NCBI GenBank assembly: GCA_000697335.1
Contig: JNEM01010363.1
Span: 1-37,334 of the forward strand
From: Conidiobolus incongruus B7586
Lineage: Eukaryota
Reading direction: 5' to 3'
Length of the DNA stretch: 37,334 nt
The position numbers and the translations under genes are program-made. Below the pieces are notes generated by a model, which saw nothing but the letters and a program-made list of their open reading frames with translations, did not search any database and had not been told where the DNA came from. Position 1 is the first letter of the stretch. Every line of letters begins with the position of its first letter. Positions 1-10,576 of this stretch are shown piece after piece.

Positions 1-589
1 CCCAAGGCTCCCAGCTAAGTATAGATCAATAACATGGAGACTGATGTCGGGCTCCTTCTTTAATAACAAACTCCGTAAAGTCGAAGATCAAGCCAGATGG
101 GGCCCATGGAAATGCGGAGAAACTGACAGTCCTATACACCGATACATCGACTGTGAAAAAATACAAAAATTCTGGGATACTATAGCAACCATCCACGGTA
201 ACAAACTGGTCAGAAGAGTACCATCTCTACTTCGAAAAGACTTAAGAAAACCAGCATTACCCCCAATTAATTCATTACACTTTAATCAAGCAATATTCTA
301 CATTCATTCTCTTTATCTGCAAACCATCTTCACAGAAACACCAATAACACCCCCATCAGAAGAAGACGCAAGAAAATGTTTTAGACAAGAAATTACTCAA
401 AATCCGATAGATATCGTTACGTAATTACACGAAAAACATAACACAAGATAATGAATTCCACATTCTCTAAGCAAATAATTAATTAGCAAATTTAAATTAG
501 TAATATATCACACTTGTCTATCAGACGAAGTGACGGATTTATTAAGTCGATCCCATAAATTGTCGAATAAATCCTTTCCTCATAAAAAA
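1..589 (+). mobile_element. 3' end of a non-LTR (LINE-like) retrotransposon ORF2, zf-RVT-like zinc-knuckle region, probably degenerate
   Basis: Frame 2 is open from the window edge: PRLPAKYRSITWRLMSG...WGPWKCGETDSPIHRYIDCEKIQKFW. This fits the zf-RVT pattern (P.K....W......CxxC...E...H....C......W), with the first Cys apparently read as Gly (GGC). Stop at 424, AATAAA at 566-571, short A run at 584-589. Confidence 0.65.
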
Positions 590-770
590 CTTTGATATAA
601 AACATTAATATTACATAAATAATTAACTATTACTTTTTTAGATAATAGAAAAAAAATATTAACTATAATATCTTAATATAATTTGACTTTCTTAAATTAA
701 ATATACATTAAAATCAAATTATACCTGTAATAATTATTAGTTAGTTCTATACAATCATAAATACCATATT

Positions 771-2012
771 ATGAAAGCTTCTTCAAATTCCGATGACCCG
801 CCGCTTTTAAATGTATACTTTGTAATTTATCATATCCTATAACATACTGAATTCCTTCAACTAGTTTATTTTGGCTGGTGGTATTGGTGGAGGTACTGCA
901 GATTTCACGATGCATGGGTAAATTCAATATTTTTTACATGATCTATTTCCATTCATATTGTGAAATTAGAATAGATACCGTTAAAACGAGACTTCAAGGC
1001 CAGCCATATCCTCCAAAATATACAAATTTAACTCACACTTTCAAAACTATATTAAGGGAGGAAGGTGTCTTTCGAGGTTTATATGGAGGCGTTGTACCTG
1101 CTATGATCGGTTCTGGTATGTTCTTTAAACTCTTTAACATAATATACTTTTGTGATTTTACTAAAATGCCATTTCATAGTATGTTGTACTTCTCTTTATT
1201 TTGGAACTTATGAAACCCTAAAAAAGCAATTTCTAAAAACCAAATTACCTGAAAGTGCTCAGCATTTGACATCAGGTGCATTAGCAGAATTAGTCATTTC
1301 TGTGATCTATGTCCCTACTGAGGTGGTTAAAACAAGAATGCAGCTTCAGGGAAGGTATAATAATCCTCATTTTGTGAGTGGTTACAATTATAAGAGTACT
1401 ACTGAAGCTTTTACTACAATTATTCAAAATGATGGTATACACTCCCTATTCAGAGGATATCGAGCCACTTTATTAAGAGATGTACCTTGTACAGCAATTC
1501 AATTTGCACTTTATGGTAAGATAAAAGGACTTTTTAATATTCATTTAATTGATTGGCTTTATTTAGAATTTTTCAAATCGACTTATTTATCAAAATATAG
1601 CAAAGATAAAGTAACAATGGGCTTTTTCCCTGAAATGGTATTTGGCGCGCTTGCTGGATCCATTGCAGGAGGAATAACAACACCTTTAGACGTGGTGAAA
1701 ACTATCCTTCAAACGCAGCATCATCCACCTAAGCGCTCAAGGAGCTCTGCACCAAATCCTCCTCAGAAACCCGCCACTTTAACCGAATCCCTCACTTCTA
1801 TGCCCAATACACCCCGGACCAAGACTATTTCTAAACTTCCCTCTTCAAAATCCACCATCATTGGAGCCTTACAAAACAGCTACAAAAAGTTTGGTGTTTC
1901 AGGTTTATTCAGTGGTTTAGCACCTCGACTTGTTTGGACTGGATGCCAATCTGCCATCATGTTCGTAGTCTATGAGGAGGCTTTTTCTATTATTAACCAA
2001 TATTTAAATTAA
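771..2012 (+). CDS. MME1: Mitochondrial carrier family (SLC25) protein, Mme1/YMR166C-like Mg2+ exporter; multi-exon
   Basis: ATG at 771, exon 1 771-812, introns at about 813-864, 918-969, 1116-1179 and 1516-1566. Spliced sequence LAGGIGGGTADFTMHGIDTVKTRLQG, then VPTEVVKTRMQLQGRYNNPHFVSGYNY and TTPLDVVKTILQ (three carrier repeats). The GRYNNP..SGYNY motif is typical of Mme1 orthologues. Confidence 0.88.
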
Positions 2013-2399
2013 AATTTTTATTTAATCAAAAAATTTTTAAAATTATCTTGTATAATTAAACCCTATAATTTGACATTATTTGAATTTTAAATTATGAATC
2101 ATTCTTTCAATAATTTTGAATTTTTTTTCATGATTTATAACGAAGCTACACTTCATTTTGATTTTAGAAATATATTAGCAAATTGAACTAATTAGGGCTG
2201 CACCCATTTTCAAAAAAAATCCTAAATTTTTCATTATGTAAATTAACTATTGATCATAGTTAAAAATTCAAAAAAGATTTATTACAATTTAAAAATATCC
2301 AAAATATGTATATATGATATAAAATTAATAGCCACGATGATTGTCTATATATGTTTTTCAAACTTGAAACAAGTTTCTTATTCCAAAAAAATACATCTT

Positions 2400-3362
2400 C
2401 ATGATTTATAGTAGAATTTAACTTGAAAATTTCAACTTTGATAAATTTAGTAAATATAAACCTTCAAGCCTCTTCTTTTTAAGAGCCAAAGGTAATGTAA
2501 TTGTAAAGATTATAATGAAGGAAGTACGGCTATTGGAGTAAAGATGACCAATTCTTTTGATTGAACAAAGCGGTTATTAGCTTTGCCTTATAACTTCTGA
2601 CACTATTTTGTTAATGGTTGATTTGTTAATTTTTCCTAAGTTGCCCATTTGAAAATATTCCTAAATGAATTAGCATTATAGTGATATAAGCTCATGACTA
2701 CAATTTCAAGCAAAAGTTTATGAAACGCTATTCCATTATAATCCATTCCAATTATCCAAAGAATCTCATTTAAATATACTTGGATTTTGATAGCTTAAAT
2801 CTGGGTTTATTTGATCTTAATCAAAATCTGAATTTATTAAAAGGTTATCAACTGTCAATAACAATCGGTTAAAGAAATAGCAATAATTTGATCTAATAGA
2901 CTAGGATATTATTTATCATTCCTTAAGCTCTGCCTTGTAATAGAGACCCCTTTAGCATTTAGTTTATCAAGTAAAAGATGGTTATCAATTTCTTAACTTT
3001 TTTTGATAAAGCAAGATGAATTTTGAGTATGGTAAAAAAATTGATGAATAATTTAGAGTTTCATATCTAAAGCTCTAAGTGAAAAATTGGGAAACATTTC
3101 AATATATTTTTTGACAATTTTATTTTCCACCCAGGAATTGGTGGTAGTAATTAGAAAGATTAGGCCGAATTTCAACAGTCTATTGCTCTTAAACATACTA
3201 ATCTAGCATTTAACTCTACAATGTGACAGAACCTTATCACTTCAAGCAAATAACAAAGTTAGATGGATTTGATTCACTCAGTGTTTTGCAATAAATTAGA
3301 TTTTAATGAGGTATTTTTGAACTTAGATATCAAATTTTGAATTATTTTGATTTTGGTTCATG
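2400..3362 (-). pseudogene. Possible decayed F-box/LRR-like gene remnant
   Basis: The minus strand gives coding-like peptide fragments broken by many stops and frameshifts (MNQNQNNSKFDI*, LLEVIRFCHIVELNARLVCLR, EMFPNFSLRAL, IAISLTDCY). The family assignment is weak inference. Confidence 0.25.
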
Positions 3363-3722
3363 TTTTCAAAATATGATATTATTATTAAATAAAAGAAATA
3401 TTGATTATTTATACCAAATTAATTATTCGGAACTCAATATGAAGTTTTAGAAAAACTTGAAATTTAAAAAAAGATTTGATATTTAATTTTCACTTTAAAG
3501 AATAGAAAAATAAATAACTTTGATTAGATATAATTGACTTGTTATAAATTTAATAAACAAATCCATTATTTTATAGTTTTTATCATTTAATTCGATTATT
3601 TGAATGGATCTATTTTTATTTTAAAAATTTATAGGCTTAAATAATTAATCAATATGAATTATTAATAAAATAAGATAGTGCACAATTTTGATTCATATAT
3701 TATATTTTGTATGAGGATTTTC

Positions 3723-3747
3723 ATATATATATATATATATATATATA
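3723..3747. repeat. (AT)n microsatellite
   Basis: Uninterrupted AT dinucleotide run. Confidence 0.95.
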
Positions 3748-3964
3748 GCTCACTCAAACAAAATTAAATACTATTTAATTAAACATATTGATTTTATTGA
3801 AATTTTTTAATAACATGGTTAATTTTTCAAAGAAATTCAAAATATTATAAGTTTAAAATATTAAATTGTTTTATTAAACATATATTGATATTCAAAACTT
3901 ATATATAGTTGAAATTTAAAATATAAACATACTATTATAATTTGATATAATTGAACTGTGAAAT

Positions 3965-4745
3965 AAATGTATATAACTCGATTTTGTAAAATCAATTTAT
4001 TAGAAATATATCAAGCATTAATAAATTATTCAAGCTAAGTATGCTATCACCGTTCGTGGATATTAATAATAAAATCCTAAATAGAACAGAAAATGTGTTA
4101 ATAAATCGAATAAGAATTAATATAAAATTTTAAATAGAGAGATCATATAAAATGAGCAAATAGAGTATAGAATCCATAAAACACAAGAGCAAATCTTTAT
4201 AATTTGAGTTAACAAATTATTGTTAAAGGCTTCAATACAAAAAATGAACCAGTATTTCAAATCAAATCCATTGAACGCCAATATTTAGAAAAAGAAAAGT
4301 TCTATCAACTCCAAGAAAGAATTAATAGAACATAAATCTTGAAAAGATTCGAATAAAATAAGAAAAATTGTCAAATAAAAACTGAATCAATTTAAATTTG
4401 ACGGTAGTTAGATAATTAATTTTGCATTGGTAGAATTCAATTATCAAAATCATTTCAAATTCACCACGTGAAAATCAAGTATTATAGTTCAAGCTAACAC
4501 AAGAGCGAATCTTTATAAGAACATGAGTCCTTATTGTTGACTTGAAATACTCGATATCACTTATGCAAAACTAAATTCATCTAAAGTGACAAATATGGCA
4601 AAATGATTTTGAATCACTTTGATCATCAAAATGAGTCAAAGCAATAATGCGTAACAAGTATCACGCATGAACGGATTAGGGTTAGTAAATGGTATATAGT
4701 ATACCATCGAACAGGGATGTGATACATAGAAATACTGGCTCTGGT
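3965..4745 (-). ncRNA. Candidate telomerase RNA (TER/TR); 5' end not defined
   Basis: Minus strand: template CUAACCCUAA (4685-4676) lies 3 nt after an 8-bp hairpin (4707-4689). Two P5/P6/P6.1 three-way junctions (4538-4496 and 4224-4180) each contain A-AAGA-UUYGC-UCUU-G. Candidate H box AUAGCA (4047-4042), hairpin and ACA (3970-3968). Many helices pair through G-U only on this strand. No ORF. Confidence 0.8.
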
Positions 4746-5061
4746 AGCTCAGAGTTTAAATCATTTGGGTAAAATATTGATACGAATTCAAAAAATCAAT
4801 ACTTACATTAATGGAATCTATAGAATAAGCATTAAAATACAAAGTTCATATTAAGTGGATATAATATATATTGGTTACCATTAGATGTTTGTGCACCAAA
4901 GCCTAACCGAATCAAATAAAAATTAATCATAGAACAGTTGTTAGAAAATAGTATCTATGATTAAAATTTGAAAAACAAAATCAGGATCTGGTAATATTAT
5001 TGATTTTGAAAAGTTCATGTTGAATTCTATTAATATGTATTAGTGTATTTGTAGTGATTGA

Positions 5062-6325
5062 TCATTGTTCTTTTTCTTCAAGTTTTAGATCTTTCATTAA
5101 TTTGTTCAGAGATTCTGCTTTCAAAGCTTGCTCTGAAGCCTCCTAAGATAAAATTAGAATATTAATATTGGTATTAAAAATTTCAATACCTTTTGCTTGA
5201 TTCGTTCTAATAAATCTTGCTTATAATCACTAGATCAAACCAATTAGCAAGTTATATTATGGAAATAATATTTAAAAACCGTACGTTTCATATTCTTCAG
5301 CAGCTTCATTTACAGCTTTCATGAAATCATCCATTCCGCTTCCTGTAACAGATGAAACTCCAACAACCTAAAAAAGTTAAAGCATGTATATTGTCTTAAA
5401 TTGATATATGAATACCTTCAAATGTTGGTAAAATTCATCCAAAACTAATGACATCGAATACATAAATGTGGACATATAAGTTTGATCTTGTTCGATATCA
5501 GCTTGGAACTTTTGAAAATCTTGCATCCAATCAACAGCGAACTGATGGTCTTGTACGTCGGTTTTATTAAAAACAAGAATAAAAGGTAATCTTGTTTTAT
5601 AAAGAATACTATACAAAGAAATTAGGACCAATCATAGATATTTTAAGAATAATATTACCTGCAAGCGTAAAGCATATTGGACATAAAAGTAGCAGGACTA
5701 GTAGTTCTAGGGGTATCAATAATATAGGCAATAACAGTAGGATAGGAAAGCGCTAAGCTTTCAGTGATAATGGCACCAGAAGCAGACCATGTAAAAATTT
5801 CAATTTGACCAGGAGTATCAATCAAAATATGGCTAAGGGAAATAAATAAATAAATATATATATATATATATTGAGAGATATAGTTCTAACTTACTCAAGC
5901 TTATCTTCTTTCTTTTGAATAATGTCGAGAACTTGTTCGAATTTAGTAGTAAACAAGTTAAGACTGGTTAAGATGGCTCCATTAGGACCTAACCCATATC
6001 TGCAAAAGTGAGTAAATGAGCAAAATAAAAACATATATTATATTTACTCTTTCATAACGACTTTATAATTAACGGTATCTCTGATATCCAAGTTAGGTTT
6101 ATAAGGGACATTATAAACAGCAGGATCCAAGTTAATAATATAGGGATTTTTATTAGTTTTTTGTTTGAAATAAGAATTAATTCTCTAAAAAAATATTTAA
6201 TAAAAGTGTGATAATATTTTATATAGTAATAGTACTTGATTAAAGGTAGTTTTGCCTGACCCTGCCATACCAATAGAAATAATACAGACAGGTTTAGATG
6301 TTGCGTTGGAAGTAGATTCAGACAT
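5062..6325 (-). CDS. GPN1: GPN-loop GTPase 1 (Npa3/XAB1); multi-exon
   Basis: ATG at 6325. Spliced motifs [11 protein letters not shown] (P-loop), [32 protein letters not shown] (GPN loop), [47 protein letters not shown]. Ends [12 protein letters not shown], with TGA at 5064-5062. Confidence 0.95.
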
Positions 6326-6530
6326 CGTGTGGTATTTAAGAATCAAACTAATTGAGTCAAATAAATTGATGATTAATCTAATTAATTAGCCCATTTATAC
6401 ATAGTTTAATAAATATTAAATGTTTCATAAAGATTATGGGATATTAGTTTATTCAAATAATTTATCATCATTTAATAATTTTGCTTATTCAATTAGTAAA
6501 TACATCAATCCCAAAAATTATATATTTATA

Positions 6531-6533
<3 letters not shown>

Positions 6534-6564
<31 letters not shown>
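6534..6564. repeat. (TTA)n microsatellite
   Basis: About 10 tandem TTA units. Confidence 0.9.
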
Positions 6565-7509
6565 CATATATTCACATAAATTAAATTAAAGTGGATAAAG
6601 GGAAGTAATGATAATAGTTTATGGAAATCTTCTCGCCATAATTGGCTTCACTCAAAGACCAGAGAGCCAGTCAAGTCATCAATCAAACGAATCTACCACA
6701 GTAATTTTATTTGTTCTTTGTTTAAATTAATCTGACTCTTAATTTATCATATAATTATTGAATAAATTTGACAAAGAATTTATTCTTACAAACTATAATA
6801 TTTTCGACTGGGTTCTTGATTGGATACAAGTGCTTCATCCAAAAAAATATAAAAATATTTTATAACATACAATGATTATAATGTTTTTCATTAACTTTAT
6901 AATCAATAGTATTCAAATCTGAATTAATCATAAAATAAAATTCTTTAGGTATAAATTACTTCATGGTTATTCTATTGTTATATTTTATTTTAGATATTAG
7001 AGTAATGCCTTCAACAAAATATCTGATTTATATACTTTGTCCTTTGTACTATATTTACATTTAATACCTGATTTTTCGTATCAAGTTCATTATTTATATT
7101 TCCAACATTTCAATTGATAAAAAAAATAATATTTTAAATTTTCATTACTATTTATACCAATCAAAGTGTGTTGTCATGATTATAATATATATTATTAGGA
7201 TAATTGAATAAAAATCAATAATTAAAATTGAATCATAAATTATAAACTAATATAATGCATTTGCGATATCAATTTGGTAGTATACGAATGTTAAAAATAT
7301 TTTAAAACATTATCAAATGTTACATTTCTTATGAATAATTAAATTTCAGTTACCTTTATTAATTATTGATATATAATCCCATATATTATTTAATTAAATT
7401 TAATTATTAATACCCTTTGATCATGGTTAGTCAAATATAAAAATCCTTTTCAAATTATATCCAATTATTCACATTCAAATAAATATTACTCAATTTAGCT
7501 CTATAAAAT

Positions 7510-10341
7510 ATGGGCAGAAAATATCCTCAAAGATTTAGCTACACTCCAGCCAATTCTGAATTAAAAGAAATTCCAGATAAGGTTAATTCGTCAACTGGAC
7601 TATTGAATGACGTAGAATCGGAGAACCCTGAAAATAAACTACGCTCACGTCCTATACAAAATTTAATTGGTATGAATAGCTCTAGACCGATGAGAAACTC
7701 CTATCCAGATGTTTATTCACGTGTCAATCCTCCAGCGACAGAAAATGACAAAATTTCCCCTCAGCAGCAGGTATATCATCAATTATGAAATATTAATACT
7801 GTATTCATATGTAACAATAGCTAAGAAGACTGTCATCAATATTACTAGATCAAAAATTATCCAGCAGTGATTTTACAAGTTACCAACTGGGAGTTTCCAA
7901 CAATTCGGATTTAGACAAATATGCAAATGGCATTCGCTCCCCTGAGTTGCTACAATCTATATCACTGATGGCCAGTATGAGGCTAAATCAATTGCAAAAA
8001 GGCGAGAGACCACCAACTCCCCAAGCGCTCCTTCGCCAATTAGTCAGAGCCATTAACTCTGAACGGTTAGCAGACAAAAATGAAATACAAGAAACTGTTC
8101 GAAATACATCACATACTGCTATTTCCCAGAAACTAACAATATCATCTAAAACGATTGATGTCAGCGATAGCAGTAGCGATAGTCCAATCGCCTTTAAGAT
8201 AGACGACTTTGATCCTTCAGCTTATAATCATCAAGTTGACAAGCTAATTGACGAGATCCCTAATATAAGCTTAATAGACCTTGAATCAATAGAAAATCTG
8301 GAAGCATACTCCAATATGAACATCAGTCACCGCTCCTTGAGAGATATCAATATTGAAGTTCCATCCTTACCCGACCACGATCTTAGTGAATCCAATAATA
8401 TTGATCAATATTTTAACAACTCTTTGAACACCGATCAAGATCTAGACAAGCTATTTCTCAAAGATGCGCTTCCCACCCCCGAGCGAAAATTTATTGACAT
8501 TTCCGACCAATTAACAGTCAATTCAAGTTTTGTCAACTCCAGTATTGCACAGGATCGAAGTTCAGTCGCAGAAAATTCCAGATTATCTATTAATGACTTT
8601 CCGGACCCTAATGTTGGCACATTCAGCCTATCTCTAACCGACCACGATGAGCAAATTGTGCAATATAATGATCTAACATCAGTTTCAGTGGGGCTTGATT
8701 TAAAGGAACCTGATGATACTTCCAATATGCCAGTCGTGGACTTGGAGGAAGATAAGAGCAAATCAGTGGATCTCTCGATGCTTGACAAGGCATTTATTCA
8801 GACCCCATTCAACAATCAATCTGGTTTGGACATATCACTTGACTTGAAAAATGAACTGGAGGGATTGCAGCACGAAATTGAATCAAACATTAATGATCTT
8901 GTAGTCCCTGAAGAATTAAGCCCTCCTCCTAACGTTGAAACTAGTCAAACAATCGACCAATTGATTCATACCAAGGAAGATGAAAAATCAGAATCAGCCT
9001 TCTCAGTAGATAATACTCATCAAGATGAAGCTAATCCACTTTTACCCGAATATGAGCCAGAATTGAAAAATCATATTCCCGATCAATCTCTTGATCTTTC
9101 TGAACCAATTGGAGACATCACTTCCGACTCTATTGATCAAAACATTAAATCCGACTTACAACCTCAGTCAGAGCAGGGTCAAGAAATTAAATCTGACGGC
9201 TCAACAGAGCCATCAATCGAACCAGAGCCTGAAATTGATGATGCTGTTCATAATGAGGAAAACGAAAAATCTCCAGTGTCAACAAAGTCAAGCCCCGCTT
9301 CTGAATCAAGTGAATCTTCCGATGAAGAATCTACTATCGATTTACCAGCCCAAAAAATTGATCAAGATCCAGATATTGATCTACCCAGTGTTTCTGAAAC
9401 TTCTGAGACAGCAGCTTTAATACATCCGCAAATTGAAATTGATGCAAGCTCAATAATTGAATCCAATGAACCAACAGACGCGATTGAGGAAACCCCCTTG
9501 ATAGATCAAACAAACAATACTGAAGTAGTCGCTGTATTGGAATCAGATAACCTAATTGAATCAAATAAACTAGATGCACTTTCCAATTCAACTCAAGATG
9601 CAACTTTATTAAGGTATATCTTTTTATCACATTTTCCATTTATTGCTTACATATTCTTAGTGTCAATCCCCCTGTTTCACCCAACGCTTCTTTTACCGAC
9701 AATTTGGGTGAAATACCCAATGAGAATATAGATGCTGTGAGCAAGGAGAGTGATATTTCTGATGGTTTTATTGACATAATCCGTGATAGTTCGACCAAGC
9801 CAATTTTATCTCCCGTTTCACCAGGCTCAGTTCCTACTCTTCCTACATTACACACCTTTAGGAAACAACGCAAGATTGATTTTAATCAAATTTCTAAAAG
9901 TTCTGCATCACTGTGAGTTAGATATTTTGAATTAATATTTACTGAAGCTAACTCAATTTTTAGAAATAACTTGCCTGCTTCGCAAGTAAAATCACTTGTA
10001 CAATCAATGGCAAATACCAGGATATCCCAGGCTACATTAAATAGTTTTTTATATGCTACAGATAAATATTTTGAACAAGTTTCTGGAGATTTGTTATCCT
10101 ATGCTAAACATGCTCAAAGAAAGACGGTCAACGAAGAGGATGTTTTATGTTTATTTAAAAGGTATATACATGTGTTACATGTGTTATAACATTGATAATA
10201 ACCTTGAAACTTAGACAAAATAGGATTAAAAACCCTGAGATGAGTGATTGGATTAGTTTAGCTCAAAAACAACTCCCAAGGGATTTATGGGAGCCTTTAG
10301 CTGAAGCAACTAATCCATCAAAGCGAAGAAAGAAGAACTAA
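7510..10341 (+). CDS. CENPT: CENP-T/Cnp20/Cnn1-like inner kinetochore protein: long acidic disordered region plus C-terminal histone fold
   Basis: Exons at about 7510-7770, 7821-9612, 9661-9912, 9964-10161 and 10215-10341 join in frame. C-terminus LPASQVKSLV...TDKYFEQVSGDLLSYAKHAQRKTVNEEDVLCLFKRQ...LAQKQLPRDLW is a CENP-T histone fold. N-terminal TPQALLRQLVR resembles the conserved CENP-T TP.xLLR helix. Confidence 0.8.
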
Positions 10342-10576
10342 GAAGATGAACTGTGGTTATAATAATAATAATCATACCGTCACTCAATATTTAATAAATA
10401 GTTTACTTTTGTATATGTAATATCAATATTGTCCCCTCATCCCGATTTTAGATACTAGAAATTTATTTCAATAAAGTACATTGTAATGTAATTGTTTTTA
10501 TATAACAATGATATAAGAACTGAAGCAAAATATGTTTATTAAAATAATAATATTAAGATTAAAATGTATTAGAAAA

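Noticed and set aside
4180..4538. Interpretation of the 4180/4496 direct repeat as LTRs, a target-site duplication or CRISPR repeats
   Set aside because: There are only two short copies, no transposon or cas ORF, the context is eukaryotic, and the differences are structure-preserving.
4676..4685. Interpretation of TTAGGGTTAG as an interstitial telomere remnant
   Set aside because: It is only about 1.5 repeats and sits in a structured context with P6.1-like elements, which fits a template better.
8435..9873. Antisense and alternate-frame ORFs (8435-8788, 9091-9420, 9334-9639, 9640-9873)
   Set aside because: They are shadows of the low-complexity CENP-T-like coding region and show no motifs.
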